A stretch of DNA of 64,000 nucleotides, taken from positions 78,430,001-78,494,000 of the forward strand of contig NC_043003.1 in NCBI RefSeq assembly GCF_006345805.1, given 5' to 3'. Source of the stretch: Octopus sinensis (Eukaryota). Every line of letters begins with the position of its first letter. Within the stretch, counting starts at the first letter, position 1. The position numbers and the translations under genes are program-made. Shown here piece by piece: positions 13,558 to 26,584 of the stretch. Under the pieces are notes generated by a model. It was not told the origin of the DNA and did no database searches. It was given only the letters and a program-made list of their open reading frames with translations.

Positions 13558-13760
13558 ACCCCCACCACCGCTTGATAACTGGTGTTAGTGTGTTTACGTC
13601 CCTGTAACATAGCGGTTCGGCAAAAGAAACTGATAGAAGTATCAGGTTTTGCAAAATTAAGTACTAGGATCGATTCATTCCACTAAAAATTCTTCAAGAT
13701 GGTTCCCCGGCGTGGCTGCAGTCTAATAACTGAAGCAAGTAAAACATAAATAATAAAAGA
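13558..13760 (+). mobile_element. SINE family A, 3' half
   Basis: CCACCGCTTGATAACTGGTG...GCGGTTCGGCAAAAG...GAAGCAAGTAAAA. Confidence 0.72.
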
Positions 13761-13819
13761 TGTTAAATAAAAGGCACGCCAAGTAAATTACTGAGCAGTA
13801 TTTTATCCTTCTGAGGGTG

Positions 13820-14225
13820 TCGAAATGCGTAGCCGTATTTCGTCTGCCGTTACGTTCTGAGTTCAAATTCCGCCGAGGTCGATTTTGCCTTTCATCCTTT
13901 CGGGGTCGATTAAATAAGTACCAGTTACAGACTGGGGTCGATGTAATCGACTTAATCCGTTTGTCTGTCCTTGTTTGTCCCCTCTGTGTTTAGCCCCTTG
14001 TGGGTAGTAAAGAAATAGGTATTTTATCCGTCTGCCCCTTGTGGGTGATAAAGAAATAGGTATTTTATCCGTCATTACGATCTGAGTTCAAATTCCGCCG
14101 AGGTCGACCTTGTCGTTTGTCCTTCCGGAGTCGATGGAATAAGTACCAGTTGAGTACTAGGGTCGGTGTAATCGACTTAACCTCTCCTCCAAATTACTGG
14201 TCTTGTGCCAAAATTTGAAACTAAT
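13820..14225 (+). mobile_element. SINE family B, tandem units
   Basis: TTCTGAGTTCAAATTCCGCCGAGGTCG at ~13855 and ~14083. Confidence 0.8.
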
Positions 14226-14749
14226 ATTAAATGGAAACTACAGTGGGGAGTGGAAGTATTAGAAATGAAATTTGTAGACAATGGTAAAGTGAAATAAGGT
14301 GAACATATAAGACAAGGTAACTTTTACAGGATGCTGTTGGAGCAGAATTAAAAATAAGTATTTTGGTTTACAGTTTCGGCAATAAAACAGATTCCTACTG
14401 TAAGAAAGGATTGAAGAATTTAAACTTGTTATTTGATCCCATCTCCAACGATAATAGTTGTTTTACTCGAGGAGTTTCAGAATGAGTAGACCTATAAATC
14501 AAAAGGCGTTCCAGCCGTGACTATCATAACTTACTATAAATCAGGTACTACATTGACCAAAATGCCCCTTGACAAAACAAAAAAGAAAAAAGAAAGACCA
14601 AAGAGAAAGAAACTAAGGTGTGATTTGAGGGAGTTCTTTCTGACTGTCATTTCTAGTAAGCTGAGAGACCACATAGAAGCTTCCTCATTGGCTTGCCTCC
14701 AGCGACATTTTGGGGGGTGCGGGAGGGGAAGGTAATAATAATCTAAAGC

Positions 14750-14781
14750 AGTACCAGCAGCTGCTACTATTACTACTGCTG

Positions 14782-14816
<35 letters not shown>

Positions 14817-14858
14817 GCTGCTGCTACTACTATTACTACTACTACTACCACCACCACC

Positions 14859-14902
<44 letters not shown>

Positions 14903-14961
14903 CACCACCACCACCACCACCACTACTACTACTACCACCACCACCACCACTACTAACTACC

Positions 14962-15017
<56 letters not shown>

Positions 15018-15080
15018 CACCACCACCACCACCACCACCACCTCTTCTTCTTCTTCCTCTTCTTCTTCTTCGTCTTCTTC
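14750..15080. repeat. Compound trinucleotide array (CTG/CTA/CCA/CTT)
   Basis: Direct reading; produces the poly-L/P/T/V/S ORFs. Confidence 0.95.
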
Positions 15081-15359
15081 TCTCACGTGACTAACTTTAT
15101 CAAGTGGTATTCATGATGAAAATCTTGAGTACAATTTATACATTCAGGAAGGATTAGACCGAGATTGAGTTGGAACAACAACACTGCCCAACACCCATCA
15201 CGTGTTGAAAGCTATATTCTATCTTCACTGATTAATGTTGCCGTTTTTTTTTCTTCCCCACAACTCTCTTCCTTCCTTCTTTCCTTCCACTTTCTTTTCT
15301 TTTCTTTTTTTTCTTCTCTAAATTAAACGTGATGCTATTAGCGGTCAAGAAAGAAGGAA

Positions 15360-15405
<46 letters not shown>

Positions 15406-15865
15406 ACTCACACATGAATAGGGTGATTGATGATGATGATGATGATGACGGTGATGATCGTGATGATGACGATGGTGGTGATGAAGACGACGACGGAGAT
15501 GATGATGACGGTAATGGTGATGATGATAAATATTTGTTTAGTCTCAGCATAGAGTTAACTGCTGATTATATAGGAACTGGAATCTTTCCTTCACAGAAAC
15601 CCTACACTGCTCTCCTCCTTCGAACATAAATCGTTCACTTTCTGAGATAACATTGAAATCTTAACTTTAATAAAAGAAATGCCACCAGATTAGAATTACA
15701 ATTTTCGCTTGATTTTATATCAAGTTTTGAGAAGAAGAACTGTTATATCAACTTTCTATAAATGGTTACTGGTGGCTCAACAGAAAACTAATTTAGAGGA
15801 AAAGCCAACAAACGAACCATTATGCGGTCGTTCCATATGCTAAAAAGCGCAACCAAATCTCTCTT

Positions 15866-15899
<34 letters not shown>

Positions 15900-17040
15900 G
15901 TGAAAGCACGTGGCTAATTGGTTAGGGTATTCTGCTTTTAATCGTAAGGTCATGTGTTCGATACTCGGCGGCGCATTGTGTCCTTGAGCAACACAGTTCA
16001 TTTCTCGTTGCTCGAGTCCACTCAGCTGGCAAAAATGAGTACGTAGTACCTGTATTTTATGCTGGTTTACTCACGCCGCATCATACTGGTTACGTACCCC
16101 TTTGAGCCACATCAAATTCGCTCATCCGTCCACAAACACTCTCAGAACTTTACTATCATTTATAAACTCTCTTGCCTCTCTCACTCCATCCATCTACACT
16201 AGGGTCAAAATCAACATTAAAGAGAATAAATCTAGCTAAAATAGTGCGTTTCTCAATCTAAAATCACTTTCGCTACTGGAATCCCCAAATGTTCTGTTAG
16301 AATCTTAATATTCTTAACCTGGGAGATAATTTCCCTTAGGTTAAGAATTGCGGGTGTGGACAGAACATATAAGTAAGAAAAGTATCATCATTTCAATCTA
16401 CTTGAGTCTCATCAACGGCAGACAATATTGTCAGAACTTCAAACTCACATTCTCTATCCCTGCCAACTCTGTCTGTCTGTGTCCTAGTCTCTCTTTCTCT
16501 CTCGCTCTCTTATATTGATTATATATCAATAAATATCTAAAATAAACCAAATTGTGGTCTTGTAGATTATTGATATTGTTTATTAAAGGCTGTGAACGGG
16601 AAGAATCGTTAGCACGCCAGGCAAAATGCTTAGCAGCATTTCGTCCGTCTTTATGTTCTGATTTTAAATTCCGCCGTGGTCGACTTTGCTTTACATCCTT
16701 TCGGGGTCGATAAAATAAGTACCAGTAGAGCACTGGGGTTGATGTAATCACCTACCCACTCCTTCGAAATTATTGGCTTTATGCCAAAATTTGAAACTAA
16801 TTTGTTAATTATTGTTTATATTTTAAAATCAAAGGAAAACTCGGCCAAGCAGTGAGCGATTAAGCTGTTGCATACTTCAAACAAGAAGTTCTCAACATAG
16901 ATGTCAGCAATCTATCATCATAACTATATTAACATATCGTTCAGAGAAAGGCCCAGCCTGAACAGTTATTTGACCCATCTGTTAATGATTCACCGACCTA
17001 AATAATATTTTTCCTCTTTATTAATCATCAAAAGTAAACA

Positions 17041-17480
17041 AGCGCAGGCATGACTACGTGGTTAAGAAGTTCACTTTGCAGCTACGTGGTTCCGGGTTCC
17101 AATGCATTACTTTGAGCATGCCCGGTACAGTGGTCCCGGTGCGCGCACTCGCGCACTCGCGCATCCCCGCCAGCTAGTCGTGACTAGTCGATCCTTACCT
17201 TGTGTTTTTGTTTTATGTGTTTAGAAAAATTATTTACTTTGTGTTTTTGAGTTTTATTTACTTTTTAAAAAAAAATCATTTACTTTGTGTTAAAAAATTA
17301 TTTATTTTGTGTTTTATTTACTTTGCTAGGTAGTCATTGTAGGATCGACTAGACACGACTAGATGGCTCGGATGCGCGAGTACGCGAGTGCGCGCACCGG
17401 GACCACTCTTCTTAAGTAGTACCGGGCATGACTTCGGCTGTAACTCCAGATTGACCAATAAATTATAAGGGAAATTTGCT
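17041..17480 (+). mobile_element. SINE family A head hosting the CATG-flanked MITE
   Basis: GCGCAGGCATGACTACGTGGTTAAGAAG...GGTTCCGGGTTC...TTGAGCATG[MITE]ACTTC...GACCAA. Confidence 0.65.
17121..17426. mobile_element. MITE with long GC-rich TIRs, inserted into a SINE; apparent CATG TSD
   Basis: Ends CCCGGTAC...GTACCGGG, inner TIRs 17129-17195 / 17341-17407, AT-rich core with repeated TTTACTTTGTG. CATG at 17117-17120 and 17427-17430. Confidence 0.85.
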
Positions 17481-19639
17481 ACTGTTCAAGTTGTTTCAAA
17501 CAGATGCGTTGCTAATTAAAAAGAATAAAACCAACATCTGTTTCTAGTGGATCCCCCATCGGTTTTGACGATGAGCATTCCGTTGTTCGATCAAGTGAAT
17601 TTCTACTCATGAAACTAATGTGTAAGTGGCTGAGTGTTCTACAGATACGTGCATCCTTAATGTGATTCTTTGGTTGACACGGCGCGGCAAAGCTCTTCCA
17701 TTGAAATACATGTAGAATCTAGAAACAAACAAAGAAGAATCGATCTCCTCCGGAACGGGCTGGTCCTTTATTTTATTGATCCTGAAATGATGAAATGTAA
17801 TGTTGACCACAGCAGGATTTGAACTCAGAAAGTCGAAACGCATAGTATAAGACATCCTATCCGATGCTTAATCGATTCTACTAATTCACCATCAAGAAAT
17901 TAGCTGTATCCCGTAGCCAAATTCCAGCCCCGAACAGCAGCCAAAAGCCGTTTATAGTCAGGTTTGGTGACGAAGGACTTTGTAATTTTGTTTCTGATTC
18001 AGAACGAGTGTAACATTTTCCTGCCATGAATATTGTATTCCTTTAAGGCGACGAGCTGGTAGAATCGTTAGTATGCCGGGCAATATGTTTAGCGGCATGT
18101 CGTCCGGCTTTACGTTCTGAGTCCAAATTCCCCCGAGATCAACTTTGACCTTTTTGTTCTGTCGGGACCGATAAAATAAATAATGGTTAAGCGCTGAGGT
18201 TGGTGTAATCGACTTACCTTCTCTGAAACTGCAAGCTTTGTGCCACAATTTGAAACTAATACAGTGTTTATTTTTATTACACTTTATATCATTCATGTGA
18301 CATATCATTTACCAGCTTCTATTTAGAGTTGTTTATTGTCTTCTGTTTGGGGTAGAAGTTATTTATCGTTCAATGTAAAACATAGGGTGGAAGTTTAAAC
18401 AGTAAAAATTCGGTACTCTGTATTGCATTTGCAAAAAAGAATTTTCTTAGACATCATTTGTAGTTATCTTTCATATAAAACATCGGATAAAGTGTTATCT
18501 AGTCATAGTTAGTATTTTATATAGTAAGTATGTTTTTGCCCGGCATCAGTAGATGCGTGTTTCGATATCTTTACCTCGTTGGTTCAGATCTTGAAATTTG
18601 AACCAAAGTTAGATTTATCAAAGTTATGTATAAACTATAAGAATTCACGAGAAAATAACAGAGGCACCTTCGACTACAAAGATATGTTTTTCGTAGAGAA
18701 AGTTCATTGAAATTGGTGAGGCTTTGCAAGGTAAAGATGAAATTAATATCCGTTGTACAAGTCCCATCTCCAACCATGCAGCGGAAGTTCTCCATTTCTG
18801 GTCAGCAGTCAAACAAAACGTCACCAATTAGATTGAACGCCGGGTAAAATCCATTTAAGCAAAAGGAGGAAGATGATATATTGAGTGAATGATAAAAACA
18901 ATATTTACGGTAGGAAAACGTTATGATTTATTTTAAATCCAATATTAAAAACCGGGAGGCGTTTGCTCCATTTTTGATTCTAAACAGTAGACAGATTGTG
19001 GAAGGTGGAACCTGGGGAATATGAATATCTATGAGGTGTATCATCGCGATAAAGATGATGGGGAAAGAGAAACGATGTAGGATAACTTCAACGTTAGCTA
19101 GATGTCAACTTTCGTTCTATGCTTGACATTGAAAAATGAATACAGAGGAGTGGGAAGAAAAAATAATCCGTCGAAGTAAAGCTAAAAGTCATATCCCTAA
19201 ACATTTTATTTATAATTATGTTATCACAAGCTGGTAGAATCGTTCGCACACCGGGAAAAATGCTAAGCGGCATTTCGTCCGTCTTTATGTTCAAATTCTG
19301 CTGAGATCGACTTTGCCTTTCATCCTTTCGGAGTCGATAAAATAAGTACAAGTTGAATACTGAGGATCGATATAATCGACTTTCACTCATCCCCGAAACT
19401 TGCTGACCTTCTGCCAAAATTTTGGAACTATTATTATTATTAATTTTATTCATCATGTACGGGTGCCTTCATCATGATTTTATTTAATTTATTCAATTTT
19501 GGAAAACTTGAAGAATGTCTTTGACAGTTCTGGAGCGTATTGAAATTATTTTGTGCATGATTTTTCGTCCACTCTGTTATACAAAATATAAAACCTTAAC
19601 TAGATTCGAACGTTTACCTTAAAATATACAAATTATCGT

Positions 19640-20285
19640 GGAGGCACATGGCCTAGTGGTTAGAGCAGCGGACTTGCGGTCGAGGGATCGCGGGCTCGAA
19701 TCTCAGACCGGCGACGTGTGCGTTTATGAGCAAAACACCTAAGCTCCACGTGGCTCCGGCAGAAGGTAATGGCAAACTTCTGCTGACTCTTTCGCCACGA
19801 CTTTCTCTCACTCTTTCCTCCTGCATCTTGCAGCTCACTTGCGACGGACCGGCGTCCCGTCCAGGTGGGGAACCTATACGCCAAGGAAACCGGGAAACCG
19901 GCCTAATGAGCCAGGCGTGGCTCGAGAAGGAACAAACAATACATATTACCGAGGGTTATTAATAATTAGGTCTCCGTCTGTTACGATGACGAGTGTTCAA
20001 GTTGACCCAATCAACAGAATAGCCTGCTCGTGGAATTAACATTCAAGTGGCTGAGCACTCCACAGACACGCGTTCAATTAGCGTAGTTCTCTGGGAGATT
20101 CAGCATGACACAGAATGTGACAAGACTGGCCTTTTGAAATACAGGTACAAATCATTTTTGCCAGCTGAGTGGACTGGAGCAACATGAAGTAAAGTGTCTT
20201 GATCACAGACATAACGCACCACCGGGAATTGAACTCACGAGCTTGCAATCGTGAGCCGAATACCCTAACCACTAAGCCACGTGCA
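19640..20285. mobile_element. Tail-to-tail pair of family-C-type SINEs (+ then -)
   Basis: Plus-strand head GTGGAGGCACATGGCCTAGTGG at 19639. The minus copy ends ACTAAGCCACGTGC at ~20284. Confidence 0.75.
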
Positions 20286-20682
20286 TTTACTGTTTCTACC
20301 AAGTCACCACTTCTCTCAGTGTCTTGGTCACATAGTAGTCACAGTACAGTCTTTAAAGTTTACAGTTTCTTTTGTGCTGTGATGGCGGCGGCGGCGGCGG
20401 CGGTGGTGTCGGTGGTGGTGGTGGTGGTAGAATTGTTGTTGTTACGGCAGTGGTGGTGGCATTCTATTGTAGTGGTTGCAGCAATGATGAGGTGTTGTGT
20501 GATAATGTCTTTTGATGGTGGTGGTCGTAGTGTTGATGTAAAAGTAAGTAGTTCATTGGTGAACTGGTGTTGTCGGTGATTGTATTGGTAGTGTTGAGTG
20601 TTGTATGGTAAGGTAGTGGTGGTGGTGGTGGTGGTGAATGTCAGTTAATGAATAAATGTAAACGTAATGCGTATATATTAGC

Positions 20683-20941
20683 CAGGGTAAACTGCGGCCC
20701 GTGGGACTTTCTGAATGGCACTGCTAACGAAAAATTACCTTAAATTTTTTATAGTAGTGTCACTAAATTAAATAAACATTGCGCGGAGTCAATTTAATGT
20801 TTATTTAACTTAGTGATTTTTTAAATAATATTTATTATAGTATTTAAAATTTTTTTCTATATAATATAGATAATGTCTTTCACTATTGAATTACTTAATA
20901 GAGGTTATTTCTCTATTTCTCTTAATTGTAAACACACACAC

Positions 20942-21015
<74 letters not shown>

Positions 21016-21773
21016 ATATATGTATATATATACATGTGTGTGTGTGTGTGTTAGTGTTTGTCCCCCACCACCGCTTGACAACCAGTGTTGGTGTGTTTAC
21101 ATTTCCGTAACTTAGTGGATCGGCATCAAAACTGATAGAATAAGAATCAGACTTATTCTAATAGATAAAAAAAAGTACTGGGATCAATTTGTTCGATTAA
21201 ACCCTTCACAGCGATGCCCCAGCATGGCCACAGTAAAATGACTAAAACAAGCAAAATGATAAAAGATTCTAACACACACACACCACCACCACCACCACCA
21301 CCACCGCCACCACCACCACCATCACCATCATCATCATCATCATTATCATCATCGTTTAACGCCCGTTTTCCACGCTGGCATGGGTCGGACGGCTTGATGG
21401 TAACTGGCAAGGCCAGGAACCGCACCAGGTTCCGTAGTCTCTCCAAGTCATCCCTGATCGATGAGATCAATCATTAAAGATATCCTAGCTGTTACTGTCC
21501 TGGCTTTTCTCTACCTACAGAGTGAACTCTGCATCATTTAATATCAGTACAGCCTTCTTTATTTAAGACAATAATGAGTGATTTGAGCGAGATATGACTG
21601 CTATTTTTAGCAGGAGAATAACATGGTAGAACAGGCACGGGCATACTTTTTCGAGAAAGACCCGAAAGAGACGTATGGTTCATGATCAGGCGGGTCTCCA
21701 TACTAAAAAAATTCAAGGTAATTTTTCATTAGACGTGCCATTCAGAAAGTGCCGCGGGTTCAGGTTACCCATG
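20683..21773. mobile_element. hAT-like non-autonomous element with ~58-bp TIRs, containing a nested SINE and microsatellites
   Basis: CAGGGTAAACTGCGGCCCGTGGGACTTTCTGAATGGCAC...AAAAATTACCTT (20683-20742) is the inverted counterpart of 21716-21773. No clean TSD. Confidence 0.65.
21050..21260 (+). mobile_element. SINE family A, 3' half
   Basis: TTTGTCCCCCACCACCGCTTGACAACC...CCCCAGCATGGCCACAG. Confidence 0.72.
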
Positions 21774-21979
21774 ACTCACTGAGATTTCCTAGTTGGTTAA
21801 TTCTATTTAAGATATTGTTATTTAGCCTTAGGTCAAAGGTAATCGAGTAAATCTTTGACTACTATTTGGCTACTATTTCCAGCATGATCAACGTTTACAT
21901 AGTGGTTCTCTTGATTCCCGACCCACAGTGTAGCAGTGTGGTCTTAGCTATACAATATATATATATATATATTACCTAT

Positions 21980-22250
21980 CACGTGACCGACCAGACCATC
22001 AGATGTTGCTACACATCGCTGGTCACAATGCGTTCGCATTGTTTTAGCCTTCGAACGACGCCACCCCGCTGGCCAACAGAAGAAAGAGTGGTGAAAGAGT
22101 ACAGCAGGGATTACCACCCCCTGCCGGAGCTTCGTGGAGCTTTTAGGTGTTTTTCGCTCAATAAAAACACACAACGCCCGGTCTGGGAATCGAAACCGCG
22201 ATCCTGCGACCTATCACTGGCCCTAACCACTGGGCCATTGCGCCTCCACA
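21980..22250 (-). mobile_element. Family-C-type SINE with alternative 3' end
   Basis: CCCTAACCACTGGGCCATTGCGCCTCCAC (reverse complement of the head) at 22221-22249. Confidence 0.78.
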
Positions 22251-22686
22251 CACATATATATATATATATATATATGTGTTGACTACGACCTTTTAGTTGA
22301 CACAAGGGAAATAACTCTGTGTTTATTACAACAAGTTATCTCCAAACAAACCCGCTGCATTCGGTCTCACAATTAAACAAACTTAATTATAGAGTTTTCG
22401 TCGTCGCCTTCGTCCTCGTAATCGTTGTCGTTGCTGATGTTGTTTAATCACGGAACAGCACTAATCGATCTGGTTTATGACCAATGAGTTTAGCTCGTGA
22501 TTATTGGATGTCGTGCTACATCATCTTAATTATTCCTTTTTTAAGATAATTTGATATGATGTGAGGGAGATTTGGCTGTTATTTCTGACTAGTAGAACGA
22601 GCATTTAAGATTTCCACGCCGATTCGTTTCCACCGATTGTCAAGCGGTGGTGGGGGACAAATGCGGACACAAGAACACACACACAT

Positions 22687-22736
<50 letters not shown>

Positions 22737-23106
22737 ATTCACACACACACACACGCACACACACACACCACACACACACACACACATATATATATAAGCG
22801 TGACTGTGTGGCAAGAAGTTTGCTTCTCAACGACATGGTTCCGGGTTCAGTCCCACAGCGTGGCACTTTGGGTAAGTGACTTCTGCTATAACTTCAGGCC
22901 GACCAAAACTGAAAGAAGCCAGTCGAGTATATACACACACCACACACACACACACACCACACACACACACACAACACACACACACACACACATATCTATA
23001 TCTATATCGATATCGATATCATATATGTATATATATATATCGATATCTATATCATATATATATAATATATATATATACATATATATATACACACACATAT
23101 ATACAT

Positions 23107-23146
<40 letters not shown>

Positions 23147-23448
23147 TATATATATATATATATATATACACATATATACTTCTTTCAGTCATTTGATTGC
23201 AGCCATGCTGGAGCACCGCCTTTAGTCGAACAAATTGACCCCAGAACTTATTCTTTGTAAGCCTAGTACTTATTCTTTCAGTATCTATTGCCTAACCGCT
23301 AAGTTACTGGGACGTAAACACACCAACATTAGTTGTCAAGCGTGTGTGGAGGGACAAACGAGACTCACAAATACATATATATATATATACCTACATACAT
23401 GTATTCATACATACATACATATACATATATATATATATCTATATATAT

Positions 23449-23490
<42 letters not shown>

Positions 23491-23493
<3 letters not shown>

Positions 23494-24736
23494 AGTTGAC
23501 AACTAAATTCCCGCCGTTTTTTAAATTTTGGAATCTACTTTTTTCGAGAATTCTATTTGTGAATCATTTTGGAATCTTTTTTTTTTCTAGTTAATTTTAG
23601 TTAATTTTTGTTTATTTTCAGATGAATAAAATGGAATGTCAAGTTAAGAAAAACGAGCATTTTCGACACCTCCTTCTTTTTGCTTTTAATGAAGGTTCTA
23701 AGGTCGCAAAAAGCTGCACGCGATATTTGTGCTGTGTATGGAGAGGGTGCCATAGCTGAAAGAACTACTCGTGATTGGTATGCCAGTTTCAAAAATGGAA
23801 ATGTTGACTTCAAAGACGCACCTCGTTCTGGCCGTCCAGTTGAGTTCGATGAAGAGCGATTAAACCAACTTTTGCACGAAAATTCTCGTTAAACGACAAG
23901 GGAACTGGCAGAGAAAACGGAATGCTCCCACACTGCTATAGAGAAGCATCTTCACTCGATGGGAAAGGTTCAGAAGTATGGAGCATGGGTTCCGCATGCT
24001 TTAAGTGACAACAACAAAAATCAACGATCCACAATCTCCGCTGGTTTGCTTGCTCGTCACCGCTCAACTCATGGGCATAAGCAGCGATTTCTTTACCGAA
24101 TCGTTACTGGCGATGAAAAATGGTGCCTGTACATCAATATGAAGCAGCGTTAGGAATGGCTTAGCCCCGGTAAACAAGCGACACCGCGCGTTAAACAAGA
24201 TCTTCATCCTCGTAAAACGATGTTGTATGTATGGTGGGACTGGGAAGGAATTATCCATTACGAATTGCTTGAATGGAACCAAACGGTCGACGCGGATCTC
24301 TGTGTTCAACAGATGGAAAGACTCAACACGGCTATTCAAGAGAAAAAAACCTAATCGGTAGCATGGAGTTCTTCTGCTGCACGACAACGCCCGCACTCAT
24401 ATCGCCAATATGACCAAGGAAGCCATTCAAACGCATGGCTAGGAAGTGCTGCCACACCCACCGTACTCTCCTGATTTAGCACCAACGGATTTCCACCTCT
24501 TTCGATCTCTTTCAAATGCTATGCGTGGAGTTTCACTCAGTACTGATGCAGAATTGAGAGCTTGGTTGGATCAATATTTCGAGTCGAAATCGGGTGATTT
24601 CTTCCAACGAGGTATTGAAAATCTCGTTGAACGTTGGGAAGAAGTTGTAAACAACAAGGGTGAATACACTACTGATTAATTAGTTGTTATTTTTTATTAA
24701 ACCTTTAAAAAAATTTAAATAAAAAAAACGGTGGGG
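23491..24736 (+). mobile_element. mariner (DD34D) DNA transposon, near full length, inactive
   Basis: Left end TTGAGTTGACAACTAAATTCCCGCCGTTTTTTAAATTTT follows a TA run. Only the inner part of the right TIR (AAATTTAAATAAAAAAAACGGTGGG) survives. Internal transposase remnant present. Confidence 0.92.
23631..24679 (+). pseudogene. mariner transposase pseudogene
   Basis: MECQVKKNEHFRHLLLFAFN...APRSGRP...WVPHAL...IVTGDEKW...LLHDNAR...HPPYSPDLAPTDFHLF...GIENLVERWEEVVNNKGEY. Two frameshifts in A-runs (~23710, ~24345) and four in-frame stops (23890, 24151, 24359, 24440). Confidence 0.92.
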
Positions 24737-24909
24737 GTAGAAGTTATTTATTCTACCCCGTCTATCAAATCCACTCACAGGGCTTTGGTCAGCCGGAGGC
24801 TATAGTAGAAGACACTTGCCCAAGGTGCCACGCAGTGGGACTGAACCCGGAACCATGTGGTTGGGAAGCAAGCTTTTTACCATACAGCCACTCCTATGCC
24901 TATAGCCAC

Positions 24910-24944
<35 letters not shown>

Positions 24945-25195
24945 TTCTCTCTCTCTCTATTTTTATATTTATTTTTATACTTTCTGAACTTTCCCGTATG
25001 ATAGATCGTTAGCCACTACACACATTTTTTTTCTCTCTCCTTGTTTCTCTCTTTGTTTTTTCTGGGTCCCTTTCTGTAGAAGAGCGTAGGCTCGAAACGT
25101 AAAAGACTTTTTCTATTCCTGAGCGCTATACTAATACATCTGTTTGTTTTGTACACCACCTGTCTTCGTCTTTTTTTTTTTTTCGTAAACTCTCC

Positions 25196-25227
<32 letters not shown>

Positions 25228-25231
<4 letters not shown>

Positions 25232-25460
25232 GTGTGTGTGTGTGTGTGTGTGTGTCTTTGTGTCTGTGTTGTCTCCCTGCCATCGCTTGACAACCGATAT
25301 TGGCGTGTTTATGTCCCTATAACTTAGCGGTTCGGCAAAAGTTCCGATAGAATAAGTACTAGACGTACAAAGAGTAGGTCCTAACGTCGATTTGTTCGAC
25401 TAAAACCGTTTAAGGCGGTGCTCTAGCATGGCCGCAGCCGAATGACTGTAACAAGTAGAA
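25228..25460 (+). mobile_element. SINE family A, 3' half
   Basis: GCTTGACAACCGAT...TTAGCGGTTCGGCAAAAG...GCATGGCCGCAG. Confidence 0.72.
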
Positions 25461-25634
25461 TATATGTGTGTGTGTGTGTGTGAGTGTAAAACTGGGCTAG
25501 AAGAGGTCGTTGAGCACTACAATTGTTTCGAAAGAATATCAGATGTATATTACGTATGTCACTGTAGCCGCCTGGTGTGTTTTCTCTTCAAGTGCATGAC
25601 GCCTTATATCGTTGAATATATTCTGCGACAGAAT

Positions 25635-25702
<68 letters not shown>

Positions 25703-26148
25703 TGAAAACAGAAGGTTACCCATTTGCAAACAAATGTGGTAACATATAACAATATTGACCAAGGTTACCGTGGTCTTTTTAGTAGGCTTTTCTTCCCACG
25801 GATAAACCTTACTTGCTTTCCCCTTTACACCATACATCATGACACTGTGATACACGATCCCTATTGATGGGTTTTTTTCCCTCTCCCCCTTTTTTCCTCT
25901 TTTTTCTTCTTTTTTCATTTTTCTTTTCTTTTTTCCCTTTTTTCTTTTTCCTTTTCCTTTTTTTCTTTTTTTCTTTTTATTTCTTTTCCTTTTTTCTTTC
26001 TTTTTTTTCTTTTTTTTGTTCTTTTTTCCCTTTTACGATCCCTTTTGATCGAAAACCTACGCCAACTTTTTTTTTCTCCCCCAAAAGAAAAGCTCTACCT
26101 TGTAACTTGTCCCATCTGTGTGCAGCCCTGTGTGGCCAATAAAGAAAC

Positions 26149-26213
<65 letters not shown>

Positions 26214-26584
26214 GGTCTGTCTGTCCGTCAGTCCGTCTATATACTTATTAAACACCTCAGAAATTGAACAGTATTTTGTGAAGTAAAATGGTTCTTTCAT
26301 TCTTTCATTCTTTCATTCTTTCATTCTTTTGTTCTTTTACTGGTTTCAGTCATTAGACTGTGGCCATGCTCGGGCATCGCTTTGAAGAATTTTTAGTCGA
26401 ATGTATCAACCACAGTATCTATTTATTTATTTTTTAAGATCCTGGTACTTATTCCATCAGTCTATTTTGTTGAACCGCTAAGTTACGGGGATATAAACAC
26501 ATCAGCACCAGTTGTGAAGTGGTGGTGGGGGGACAAACACAGACACAAATACCCCTCCACACACACACATGTATATATATATAT

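Larger units (their letters stand above)
23178..24904 (-). mobile_element. SINE family A split by the mariner insertion
   Basis: Tail half at 23178-23370 and head half at 24757-24904 are in the same orientation on either side of the mariner. Confidence 0.8.

Noticed and set aside
14517-15090. Poly-V/L/P/T/S/E ORFs that look like a low-complexity protein
   Set aside because: Compound trinucleotide microsatellite open on both strands; no splice or domain support.
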